Virus record (IMG/VR): IMGVR_UViG_2718218361_000005
DNA from: a virus
Lineage: Duplodnaviria; Heunggongvirae; Uroviricota; Caudoviricetes
DNA: 46,513 nt
Reading direction: 5' to 3' (one strand)
Each line of letters begins with the position of its first letter. Positions within the stretch are counted from its first letter, which is position 1. The notes beneath the pieces are model-generated. The model was not told where the DNA came from. It made no database searches and was given only the letters and a program-made list of their open reading frames with translations. The position numbers and the translations under genes are program-made. This document shows, one piece after another, positions 1 through 12,527 of the stretch.

Positions 1-750
1 TCAGTCAATTGTTTTGTTTATTCCATCTGTGACGCCGATTATTTTCTCAAAATAATGAGATGGCGTGACACCATAATAATTTTTAAATGCACATATGAAA
101 TATGAAGTACTGTTATAGCCACATTTCTGGGCTACGACATTGATAGAATAAGAGTTTGAAGTTATGAGTTTTTTTGCATACCTCATCCTAGTATCTCTCA
201 ATATTTCAGTAAATGACGTTCCTTCATCCCTTAATCTTTTTTTTATTAAACTTTCACTCGTATAAATCAATTCCGCAATATCTTTTAAATGCCATTGCCG
301 CTCAATATTAAAACTGATTATTCCAGTAATTTTACAGGTAAATGTATTTATATTTGTTAGTATAAATGAATTTACATTTTCGCGTTTTTTGAACATGGCA
401 AGTAAGGATATACATAGTCTTTCTTTTAACCAAAGGGAGTGTGAGTCTGCTATTTTAATCCCTTCAAACAGAGAAAAAACAAGCGATAATGGAGGTTCCT
501 CTTCAGCAATATAGCCATTCTTATCAAGAGTAAATTTGCCAGGCAGCTCATTATTCACGTCGATAAAAAAGGATAAACATGTTTTCTTATCTATATCAAC
601 AATTCTTAGTTTAGAGGGGCATACTGGTAACTCCCTTCTAATTTTGTCGCTTACAATAAACAATGAATTTTTTTTGAACGAGATAACTCTCCTGTTTATA
701 ATTAAATCAAATGATTGACAGATGAAAACTACGGAGCAAACATAATCCAT
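1..750 (-). CDS. appY: AraC-family transcriptional regulator, AppY-like (249 aa), complete; stop codon at window positions 1-3
   Basis: ORF track 1..750; C-terminal AraC-type HTH region; sequence matches remembered AppY N-terminus ([14 protein letters not shown]...). Confidence 0.8.
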   Translation of the reverse strand: MDYVCSVVFICQSFDLIINRRVISFKKNSLFIVSDKIRRELPVCPSKLRIVDIDKKTCLSFFIDVNNELPGKFTLDKNGYIAEEEPPLSLVFSLFEGIKIADSHSLWLKERLCISLLAMFKKRENVNSFILTNINTFTCKITGIISFNIERQWHLKDIAELIYTSESLIKKRLRDEGTSFTEILRDTRMRYAKKLITSNSYSINVVAQKCGYNSTSYFICAFKNYYGVTPSHYFEKIIGVTDGINKTID

Positions 751-1307
751 CTTGCACCTATCATAAAATTAAAACAAGTTGATAGTAGTCAAATAACAAC
801 CAATTAAATACACAATCATAATCAGGATGATGTGCATTTATATTTTTATACACAAAATTATAGTTTGCAAATTTTAATAAATTTCATTTAAGATTAAATT
901 ATTATATGTATGTTGTTTTTTATTCTAACTTATTTCAAAGTTACATTTTTCAACGCTTACTATGCTTTTTATTAACATAAACTCACTACAACGCACCTGA
1001 AACCTCTTGCTATATATATGTCAACCGTTTGAATTTAAAATAAAAAGAGTATCATTTTTACTTGCATTTCTTATCAAGTCACATTCAACAACAGTAAAAA
1101 AACATTATTAGAACCATTCAATTAACAAAAAACCAACATCCAGCTTGCTTAATTTTTCTTTATTAAACGATATTGAAAATCAATTGATAAAATACATCTA
1201 AACAACCTTTTGGGGCGCAAAAGCATAACATCAAACAAACAAATAACACACCGAAAAAACTCACAATTAATAACCTATGATATACATACTGTTTATTATG
1301 GTTGAAT

Positions 1308-1451
1308 AAGCCACTCGATATCTGGTGCTACGGAAGTGTCCACACGGTTTAGCAGCACCCGATACTTTTTTCAGGCTTCCAGCAACGATCTTTCTTCCTC
1401 CGTTGCGATTTCCAGATCTACAGCATCCTGCAGTGGCGCAATATACTCACT
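1308..1451. repeat. Direct repeat (~143 bp, ~90% identity) of the tfa 3' end at 2357..2499
   Basis: Hand alignment of 1343..1451 with 2390..2499 (acacggtt.agca.cacccgatacttttt.caggcttccagcaa...ctcactg); coordinates approximate. Confidence 0.7.
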
Positions 1452-1556
1452 GAATTCCTGGATGTAGAACTGTGTGGTGACGGTCTTCCAGCCATTCGGC
1501 TCCTGCTGTATTGAAGCATACCAGGCTATTTCAATATCGCTATGCTGCGGCAGCAT
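1371..1556 (-). pseudogene. Tail fiber assembly protein C-terminal fragment (tfaX-like remnant)
   Basis: 61-aa ORF whose C-terminus ([22 protein letters not shown]) duplicates the Tfa C-terminus at 2334..2918; no full-length gene. Confidence 0.6.
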
Positions 1557-1694
1557 TTAACCCCTTGTAATTCATTGCCATAATTGATTTAATTCACAAA
1601 TAAAACTATAACATGGTGAAATTAATAAAAAAACACAGATGATGGGGCTAGAATTTACACACCACTTACCCTAAAGCTTTATGACTGGTGGGTT

Positions 1695-2279
1695 TTGGGA
1701 GTATCAAATCGGCTTGCATGGGGATGTCCTACAAAGGAACACCTTCTTCCACACTTTCTGGAACATTTAGGTAACAACCATCTGGATATTGGTGTTGGAA
1801 CTGGGTTTTACCTTACTCACGTACCTGAGAGTAGTCTGATATCTTTAATGGATTTGAACGAAGCTAGCCTGAACGCGGCATCTACAAGGGCTGGGGAATC
1901 AAAAATTAAACATAAAATTAGCCATGATGTTTTTGAACCTTATCCCGCGGCGTTACATGGTCAATTTGATTCCATTTCCATGTTTTACCTTCTTCACTGC
2001 CTGCCTGGAAATATATCTACAAAAAGCTGTGTAATACGCAATGCGGCGCAGGCCTTAACTGACGATGGAACTCTATACGGAGCCACAATTCTTGGCGATG
2101 GAGTTGTGCACAATAGCTTCGGTCAAAAACTGATGCGCATTTACAATCAGAAAGGCATCTTTTCAAACACAAAAGATTCCGAAGAAGGCTTAACACATAT
2201 ACTCTCAGAGCATTTCGAGAATGTTAAAACCAAGGTTCAAGGTACTGTAGTAATGTTTTCCGCTTCAGGAAAAAAATAG
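1695..2279 (+). CDS. Class I SAM-dependent methyltransferase-like ORF (YbcY-like), probably 5'-truncated or non-functional
   Basis: 194-aa ORF with Gly-rich motif I (DIGVGTG) only ~30 residues from the ORF start; ORF begins at TTG with no in-frame ATG upstream before a stop at 1626-1628. Confidence 0.5.
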   Translation: MGVSNRLAWGCPTKEHLLPHFLEHLGNNHLDIGVGTGFYLTHVPESSLISLMDLNEASLNAASTRAGESKIKHKISHDVFEPYPAALHGQFDSISMFYLLHCLPGNISTKSCVIRNAAQALTDDGTLYGATILGDGVVHNSFGQKLMRIYNQKGIFSNTKDSEEGLTHILSEHFENVKTKVQGTVVMFSASGKK

Positions 2280-2333
2280 CATCCAACCGCAGCACGTTCT
2301 TGCTTAAGACGTGCTGCGGCATAATCCCAATGA

Positions 2334-2918
2334 TTACTCCCTGACAGGGTTCGTAGGCCACTCAATATCAGGTGCAGTTGATGTATCAACACGGTTCAGC
2401 AACACCCGATACTTTTTCCAGGCTTCCAGCAATGAGGTTTCTTCCTCCGTTGCGATTTCCAGATCTACAGCATCCTGAAGTGGCGCAATATGCTCACTGG
2501 CTACCTGCATCAGGCTGTTTTTTGTTTCTTCCGCCTCCCGGATCCGGAACAGTTTTTCTGCTTCTGCATCTTTCACCCAGGCTGTGCCGTTCCACTTCTG
2601 ATATTCCCCTCCCGGCGATAACCAGGTAACATTTTCCGGTAACGGACCGAGTTCAGAAATAAATAACGCGTCGCCGGAAGCCACGTCATAAACCGTTTTA
2701 CCCCGATGATCTTCAACGAGATGCCACGATGCCTCATCACTGTTGAAAACAGCCACGAAGCCTGCCGGAATATCTGGCGGTGCAATATCGGTACTGTTTG
2801 CTGGCAGACCTGTATGAGGCGGAATATATGCATCACCTTCACCAATAAATTCATTAGTTCCGGCCAGCAGATTATAAATTTTTATGGTCCGTGGTTGTTC
2901 ACTCATTCTGAATGCCAT
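2334..2918 (-). CDS. tfa: Tail fiber assembly protein Tfa (194 aa)
   Basis: Length and sequence match lambda Tfa; start overlaps the stf stop. Confidence 0.9.
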   Translation of the reverse strand: MAFRMSEQPRTIKIYNLLAGTNEFIGEGDAYIPPHTGLPANSTDIAPPDIPAGFVAVFNSDEASWHLVEDHRGKTVYDVASGDALFISELGPLPENVTWLSPGGEYQKWNGTAWVKDAEAEKLFRIREAEETKNSLMQVASEHIAPLQDAVDLEIATEEETSLLEAWKKYRVLLNRVDTSTAPDIEWPTNPVRE

Positions 2919-5900
2919 TATGCAAGCCTCACAATATAGTTAAATGCGATGTTTTTGACGGTGTTTTCCGCGTTACCAGCAGCGTTAACGGTGATGGTGT
3001 GTCCATGTGAACCAATCGCAACGGAGTGCGTATGAGCACCAATACCGACAGTATGTGCATGTGCGCCTGCGCTTGCAGCAGTGCCGGACAGCGAGTGGGT
3101 ATGAGCACCATCTGATGATGTCTTCCCTGCATTACGAGTCTGGCCACTACCGCTTGTTGTGCTCATAATCCCCGCGCTTAGATTTGAAATCGCGGTATAA
3201 CCATTAGGGAAAATGCTCGTGTTCGTGCCACCAAATGCACCGGAACTCTTGTGTTGGTGCGCACCGGCACTATTTGCGGTCCCGCTAATACTATGGGTAT
3301 GCGCCCCGGTGTTATTCGTGGATTTGGTTCCGTAATCAAACGACGATGTGGTTTTCGTCCCCAAATCCGTACTGGATGCGCTGGCGCTGTGGGTGTGCGA
3401 TTTAATGCCGTCCTGTTCCTGAGATAATACGGCCCGACCACTGGCGGGCTTGCCCTTAATCGTCCAGCCACGCATATCAGGGATCACGCCTGACGGATAA
3501 GCAACTGCAAGTTTCGGGTATGCAGATTTGTCAAAAGTCTGCCCCTGCATCAGGGCATAACCAGACGGAACGGTATCTGATGGCCACGGGATTGGTGCAC
3601 CGACTGGATAAAACTCTGCAGGAGGATGAGCCGAGGTGTAAAGCTGCGCCCACGGCGACCAGTTTGCGTCGGTCGTATCCCGTCGTGAACGAATAAATGC
3701 CGGAGCATGAGCACCGCTTGTACCACTCCAGCCGATGAGTAACTCACCTTCGCCAACGGCTGTCATCCCTTTCAGGTGAATGATATTTCCATACGCTGTT
3801 GGATATCCGTTGTTATACACCTCGTATAACTCAAGACCTGCTGCCCCCTGCGTATTGTCTGTCAGCGCGGTTACCCGACCTTTTGAAGCCAGATTAACTG
3901 ATGATACTGCTGTTCCACCTGACGGTAACGCCCCGATCTCTGATGCCGTTGGCTTATTTCTGGAGTTATAGTCCCTTCGCCAGCCAGGTGAATAATCTGT
4001 TCCGTGATTAATATAGGTAAACTGGGCGTTAGTTGTTCCACCACCAGTGGAGGTGGTCGGTGTGGTAATGCGGATCGTCATCGCTGACTTTATCCCCATT
4101 ACTTCAATGACAGCTCCGGCGAGATGAATATTACCGCAGTCAGTATCAGTAATGATTTTATTATTGCCATAAGACCAGGAACCCTTGCACATCCAGTATG
4201 GATGGTTAAATGCTCCCTGAGAATCCAGCCACTCGATAAACTGTGCAGTCGTCCAGTTTCCTGTTGTTGTGCTTACTGACCCACCGAAGGCACGGCAGGC
4301 ACCAATATTTTTCGTAAAGGTATCTTTGCCAGGGATATCCGCACCGTTCTGATCTTTCTGCAGACGTTTCTCAGCATTGTCATTGGCTGCTTTTACTGCC
4401 TTTGGTGTCGCGGCAAGCGTTTCAGACGTGCTGTTGGTCGCGCTGCTTAGCTGGATTATCCCTTTCTGTGCTGTCGTTGCATCCTGTGCGGTGTATTTCC
4501 CGTTAGCCAGGTCATACGCGGCCTTAACGGCTTTTGGCGTTGCCGCCAGTGACTCGGAAGTGCTGTTGGTCGCACTGCTGAGCTGTACTATCCCCTTTTT
4601 CGTCGTGCTCGCATCCTCAAGCGCCACGGCGGATGCAATATCCTCTGCCCGTTTTGCCGCTGTCTCAGCGCGCGTTGCTGCAGATTCCGCCGTACTTTTG
4701 CTCTGAGCTGCTGCCGTCGCACTGCCAGCTGCCTCTGTCGCCTTCGTGGATGCCGTCGTGGCGCTACCCTTCGCTGCTGACGCCTGTCTGGTCGCCTCAT
4801 CTTTTGAAGCAGACGCAGATGATGCCGATGACGACGCCGAACTGGCTGACGATGCGGCAGCCGTTTTTGAGGATTCTGCGCTGGTTTCCGACGCTTTCGC
4901 GTTCGTTTCGGATGTCTTCGCTGCGGAAGCAGACCTCGCTGCTGCGCTGGCCTGTTCAGTGGCTTCGCCAGCCTTCGTTGTGGCTGTTGAAGCAGACGAT
5001 GCGGCGCTTTCTGCCGATTTTCCGGCGGCGGTGGCACTGGCTGAGGCCTGCCCGGCACTTGTTGACGCTGCACTGGCAGACGACGCAGCCGCTGTTTTTG
5101 AGCCTGCCGCAGCCGAGGCGCTCTGTCCCGCTGCCGTTTCAGAAGACCTGGCGTTCGTCTCTGACGTTTTTGCCGCCTTCGCGGAATTTCCTGCCGCTGT
5201 TGCCGAGGAAGCTGCGCTACTGGCGCTCGAGGATGCGTTCGTTTCTGATGATTTTGCCGCCTCTTTTGAAGCCGCCGCATCCCGGGCTGAGGTGGCAGCT
5301 TCTGACGCTTTCGTAGTCGCGGTGGATGCAGAAGTGGCTGCTGATTGTTGTGACGCTGCAGCATTCGTTTCTGACGTTTTCGCGGCACTGGCACTGGTAG
5401 CTGCCGCGCTTTTTGAGGACTCTGCAGCGGCAGCACTTTTTGATGCTTCAGTGGCCTTTGTTGATGCCGTTCCTGCGCTGGAAGTCGCTGACTGAGCCGA
5501 CGACGCGGCCTGTCCGGCTGACGTGCTGGCTGCGCGTGCTGAGCCTGCAGCATCAGTCGCATGGGTTGCCGCCTCACGGGCTGATGTGCTGGCATCACTG
5601 GCTGACTTCTTCGCGGCCGCCGTGTTCTGTGCCACCACGGACGCGTTACGCGCCACCTCTTCCACCATCAGCTCAAAACGGCGCAGTGCCTCCGGACGGG
5701 CATCATCCTCCGTCATGGCACCGAGAAAATCATTCAGCGTACCGGGTCGGGAATCTTCATACACTGTGATGGTCCCGGCATGTGACGGCGGGAATCCTTC
5801 CACCAACAGAATAACGCTGTACTGACCGTACTCAACGTCCATACTGTAACGCCCGGCTTCATCCGGATTTTCAGATGCCAGCGTGTTCACCACCACCGTG

Positions 5901-5992
5901 GTACTGTTACGTTTTGCTTTCAGCTGGATTGTGCAGTTCTGTACCGGTTTACCTGCACCGTCTTTCAGTACACCTGAAATCTTTACTGCCAT
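2918..5992 (-). CDS. stf: Side tail fiber protein Stf, full length, with long Ala/Ser/Thr-rich repeat region and Gly/His-rich C-terminal receptor-binding region
   Basis: ORF 2918..5998; N-terminus matches lambda Stf ([12 protein letters not shown]...) from the ATG at 5990-5992, preceded by GGGGTG; C-terminus ...[11 protein letters not shown]. Confidence 0.9.
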   Translation of the reverse strand: MAVKISGVLKDGAGKPVQNCTIQLKAKRNSTTVVVNTLASENPDEAGRYSMDVEYGQYSVILLVEGFPPSHAGTITVYEDSRPGTLNDFLGAMTEDDARPEALRRFELMVEEVARNASVVAQNTAAAKKSASDASTSAREAATHATDAAGSARAASTSAGQAASSAQSATSSAGTASTKATEASKSAAAAESSKSAAATSASAAKTSETNAAASQQSAATSASTATTKASEAATSARDAAASKEAAKSSETNASSSASSAASSATAAGNSAKAAKTSETNARSSETAAGQSASAAAGSKTAAASSASAASTSAGQASASATAAGKSAESAASSASTATTKAGEATEQASAAARSASAAKTSETNAKASETSAESSKTAAASSASSASSSASSASASKDEATRQASAAKGSATTASTKATEAAGSATAAAQSKSTAESAATRAETAAKRAEDIASAVALEDASTTKKGIVQLSSATNSTSESLAATPKAVKAAYDLANGKYTAQDATTAQKGIIQLSSATNSTSETLAATPKAVKAANDNAEKRLQKDQNGADIPGKDTFTKNIGACRAFGGSVSTTTGNWTTAQFIEWLDSQGAFNHPYWMCKGSWSYGNNKIITDTDCGNIHLAGAVIEVMGIKSAMTIRITTPTTSTGGGTTNAQFTYINHGTDYSPGWRRDYNSRNKPTASEIGALPSGGTAVSSVNLASKGRVTALTDNTQGAAGLELYEVYNNGYPTAYGNIIHLKGMTAVGEGELLIGWSGTSGAHAPAFIRSRRDTTDANWSPWAQLYTSAHPPAEFYPVGAPIPWPSDTVPSGYALMQGQTFDKSAYPKLAVAYPSGVIPDMRGWTIKGKPASGRAVLSQEQDGIKSHTHSASASSTDLGTKTTSSFDYGTKSTNNTGAHTHSISGTANSAGAHQHKSSGAFGGTNTSIFPNGYTAISNLSAGIMSTTSGSGQTRNAGKTSSDGAHTHSLSGTAASAGAHAHTVGIGAHTHSVAIGSHGHTITVNAAGNAENTVKNIAFNYIVRLA

Positions 5993-6002
5993 ATTCACCC
6001 CA

Positions 6003-6029
6003 CAAAAAAGCCCGCCTGAACCGGCGGGC
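6003..6029 (-). terminator. Intrinsic terminator between lom and stf
   Basis: Hairpin gcccgcc-tgaacc-ggcgggc followed by a T-run on the minus strand (A-run 6004-6009 on plus). Confidence 0.6.
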
Positions 6030-6056
6030 TGTCATAACACTGTGTTACCTGGCTAA

Positions 6057-6656
6057 TCAGAACTTATAACCGACACCCACGATGAACCCGTCAGTGCGCC
6101 AGTTGCCACTGCCGGAGCCTTCATAAGCGACATCAACGGCCACGGATTCGGTCGGGTTAAACTGCACGCCAGCTCCCCACGCCAGAGAGGTGTTACTGTG
6201 GCGAGCGTCATCACTTCCGGTCAGCACGTCGTGCGTTTTTCCCTTGTTGTCAGTTACGCGGAGATAATCCCCGGAAAAAGTCGACACACGGCTGTAAGCC
6301 ACGCCTGCCATCGCATACGCGCTGAACCATTCATTCACGCGTACAGACGGCCCCGCCATCACGCTGAACCAGCGGTTACGAACGGAGTCTTCATGCCAGC
6401 GGGTATCGCTGTAATGGGTCAGCTGGCGATTCTTGTCTCCTGCATAGCTGAACGACGTCACCATCCCCAGTGTGTCCGTAAACTCATAACGGTATTTCAC
6501 GTTAATCCCGTTCAGATCATCACTGCCGGGAACGTTGGTCCGGGCATGAAGATACCCCGCGCTCAGCGTGGACTGATGTTCAGACGCCCATGCAGGCGCA
6601 CAGGATACGGCCAGACAAATGGCTGCGGACAAAATGGCTGCACAAACTTTACGCAT
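6057..6656 (-). CDS. lom: Outer membrane protein Lom (Ail/OmpX family), signal peptide present
   Basis: 199-aa ORF, N-terminal signal peptide, beta-barrel-like C-terminus ending ...GVGYKF; position after J as in lambda. Confidence 0.9.
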   Translation of the reverse strand: MRKVCAAILSAAICLAVSCAPAWASEHQSTLSAGYLHARTNVPGSDDLNGINVKYRYEFTDTLGMVTSFSYAGDKNRQLTHYSDTRWHEDSVRNRWFSVMAGPSVRVNEWFSAYAMAGVAYSRVSTFSGDYLRVTDNKGKTHDVLTGSDDARHSNTSLAWGAGVQFNPTESVAVDVAYEGSGSGNWRTDGFIVGVGYKF

Positions 6657-6678
6657 AATTACCTCTCGCTTTTCTGCA

Positions 6679-6704
6679 ATAAAAAAGGCGTCATTTCTGA
6701 CGCC
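6679..6704 (-). terminator. Intrinsic terminator downstream of J
   Basis: Hairpin ggcgtca-tttc-tgacgcc with adjacent A-run on plus (T-run on minus), about 20 nt after the J stop. Confidence 0.6.
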
Positions 6705-6722
6705 CGTTCTGGGTTATAAAAT

Positions 6723-10124
<3,402 letters not shown>

Positions 10125-10181
10125 TCACGCTCCATAAACGACAAAACCGCCCGCAGGCGATTTCACATAAAATGTTTTGCA

Positions 10182-10853
10182 TCAGCGACCAATCACCACA
10201 ACCTGACCACCATCCCCTTCGTCTGCCGTGCTGATCTCCTGAGAAACCACCCGTGACCCCACGCGCATTTCACCGTACAGAACAGGCAGAACATTGCCCT
10301 GGGCAACCATGTTATCCAGTGAGGAGAAATAGGTGTTCTGCTTACCGTTATCCGTTGTCTGTGTACGGGGAGTTCTGGCTTTCGGTGCCAGCATCTGCGC
10401 CACACCACCAAGTACCATACTGGCACCGAGAGAAAACAGGATACCGGTCATACCACCGGCCCCAATGGCTGCCCCCCATGCTGCAAGGGTGGCTCCGGCA
10501 GTAAAGAATGATCCGGCAATGGCGGCAGCCCCCAGAACAATCTGGAATACGCCACCTGACTTGGCCCCGGCGACTCTGGGAACAATATGAATCACAGCGC
10601 CATCAGGCAGAGTCTCATGTAACTGCGCCGTTAACCCGGACGTGCTGACGTCCCGCCCGGCAATCCGTACCTGATACCAGCCGTCGCTCAGTTTCTGACG
10701 AAACACCGGGAGCTGTGTGGCCAGTGCGCGGATAGCTTCAGCCCCCGTTTTCACACGAAGGTCGATGCGGCGGCCAAATCGTTGCAAATCCCCGTAAAGG
10801 CAGATGCGCGCCATGCCCGGTGACGCCAGAGGGAGTGTGTGCGTCGCTGCCAT
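10182..10853 (-). CDS. I: Tail assembly protein I (223 aa)
   Basis: Length, Gly/Ala-rich hydrophobic core and position match lambda I. Confidence 0.9.
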   Translation of the reverse strand: MAATHTLPLASPGMARICLYGDLQRFGRRIDLRVKTGAEAIRALATQLPVFRQKLSDGWYQVRIAGRDVSTSGLTAQLHETLPDGAVIHIVPRVAGAKSGGVFQIVLGAAAIAGSFFTAGATLAAWGAAIGAGGMTGILFSLGASMVLGGVAQMLAPKARTPRTQTTDNGKQNTYFSSLDNMVAQGNVLPVLYGEMRVGSRVVSQEISTADEGDGGQVVVIGR

Positions 10854-11494
10854 TTGTCGGTATACCTCTCTCGTTTACTCAGTTGTTCAGGAATATGGTG
10901 CAGCAGCTCGCCGTCACCACAGTAAATGGCAGCATGATTCGGCACCGATGAACCAAAACAACACAGCAGCACATCGCCCGGTTGTGCTGATGACAACGGC
11001 ACCTGATACAGCCCTGTGGCCTCCAGATTATCCAGATAGAGATTCTGACCGTGACGCCACCAGTCATCCTCGCGATGAAAATCCGGCATCTCAATCCCCG
11101 CCAGATGGTAAGCATCCCGGAACAGCGTGTAACAGTCCGTCACCCCGTGCTCAAAGCGCCGCCCGGTGAGATGCGGCACACAGCGGAACTTATGAATCGT
11201 CCCCCGGCAGACCAGCCACCACGGCAAATCACTCTGCACCTGCAGCCGCCGGTCGGCCTCACTCAGCCTGGGCAGACCACCGGGGTGGCTGTGGACCAGC
11301 GCCACAATCTCACCCTGCATTTCTGCCTGCAGCCAGTCTTCCGGCGACATACGGAAATACGCCTCCGGCTCACCGGAGATATTCACGCAGGGGAAATATC
11401 TTTCCCCCTCCGGCGTGCTTACCACGAAGCCGCACGACTCCGCTGGCGCACATCGCCGAGCGTGCGCCAGAATCGCTGATTCTGTCTGTGTCAT
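10751..11494 (-). CDS. K: Tail assembly protein K (MPN/JAMM plus NlpC/P60-like); 247-aa ORF, alternative internal start at 11350 would give the 199-aa form
   Basis: JAMM motif HSHP...S..D near the N-terminus; overlaps I by ~100 nt as in lambda. Confidence 0.85.
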   Translation of the reverse strand: MTQTESAILAHARRCAPAESCGFVVSTPEGERYFPCVNISGEPEAYFRMSPEDWLQAEMQGEIVALVHSHPGGLPRLSEADRRLQVQSDLPWWLVCRGTIHKFRCVPHLTGRRFEHGVTDCYTLFRDAYHLAGIEMPDFHREDDWWRHGQNLYLDNLEATGLYQVPLSSAQPGDVLLCCFGSSVPNHAAIYCGDGELLHHIPEQLSKRERYTDKWQRRTHSLWRHRAWRASAFTGICNDLAAASTFV

Positions 11495-11499
11495 GGGAT

Positions 11500-12198
11500 T
11501 TACTGCGAAAGTTTGTTAATGGAAAGGAAGCCGCCAAAGTTGCCGACATTATTGCGAAACTTACAGCCACTCAGGCATTTGCTGCATTTATCCTTCGTGA
11601 TATCGGACGTCGGCTGGTCATATTCATCCGCGACCGCCGGACCGTTATAACCGCACTCATCACCGCGATAGGTCCAGGTGCAGGTATTAGCCAGCATGAT
11701 GCGCCCCGGAAAAACGGCACCATCCGTTTCAGTCGGCGTGGACAGTACAAAGGAGGCACTGACCGCGCTCAATTCGCTGCACTGCTCGATGCGCCAGCGG
11801 CTAATCACCTCCTGCTCCGGATCGGCGTCGCTGTTTCCGTTGACGAAGTTCACCGCATCCAGAAAACGGGCATAAACCTTACGCCTGACCACCGTTCCGC
11901 CGACCAGACTCTGCAGATCTTCCGCCATCCCGGTGACCATGCCATACAGGTTAGAAACCGTCAGCGTGGGGCGCGTACTGGTGCCTTTGCCATTCAGTTC
12001 GAAACCACTCCCCTGAATGGGATACGCCTGATACTGTCGCCCCTGCCAGGTGACCGGCTCACCTTTTTCGTTCTGCTCATTACAGAAAAAATAACGTTCT
12101 CCACCGACCTCTGTCAGGTCGATTTCCCATAGCACCACGCTGGCCGACTGCTCCGCACGGGTGCATTCATTCAGTGTTTCCTGCCGGATATCCTGCAT
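11500..12198 (-). CDS. L: Tail tip protein L (232 aa)
   Basis: Sequence and length match lambda L. Confidence 0.95.
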   Translation of the reverse strand: MQDIRQETLNECTRAEQSASVVLWEIDLTEVGGERYFFCNEQNEKGEPVTWQGRQYQAYPIQGSGFELNGKGTSTRPTLTVSNLYGMVTGMAEDLQSLVGGTVVRRKVYARFLDAVNFVNGNSDADPEQEVISRWRIEQCSELSAVSASFVLSTPTETDGAVFPGRIMLANTCTWTYRGDECGYNGPAVADEYDQPTSDITKDKCSKCLSGCKFRNNVGNFGGFLSINKLSQ

Positions 12199-12527
12199 CA
12201 GTTCACCACCTGTTCAAACTCTGCGCTGAACTCAACACGCAACATACTGACCCGCGACGACCATTTTGCGCAGGTCACCTTTATCTGCCGCCACTCATAA
12301 GGCGGCGTCCACAGAAAGGATTTCCAGCCCCCGTGCTCAGCCAGAAACGACTCCAGCGCCGCGGCCTCCCAACGGGAGACAGACAGCGTCACGCTGTACG
12401 TTTTCAGGTCAGCGTTCAGCCCGGCAGGCGCTCGCTGGGAATAGCCATCACCAAAGCGCACCTTTCTTACGGAAGGGGCCGAAGCCACATCCATACCGGG
12501 TTTCACTTTCCAGCGGAAGGTTTTCAT
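12198..12527 (-). CDS. M: Tail tip protein M (109 aa)
   Basis: Sequence and length match lambda M. Confidence 0.95.
   Translation of the reverse strand: MKTFRWKVKPGMDVASAPSVRKVRFGDGYSQRAPAGLNADLKTYSVTLSVSRWEAAALESFLAEHGGWKSFLWTPPYEWRQIKVTCAKWSSRVSMLRVEFSAEFEQVVN

Noticed and set aside
4377-5825. Several long overlapping ORFs on both strands inside stf (Ala- or Arg/Gln-rich)
   Set aside because: They arise from the repetitive GC-rich Ala/Ser/Thr-coding region of stf read in other frames; not independent genes.
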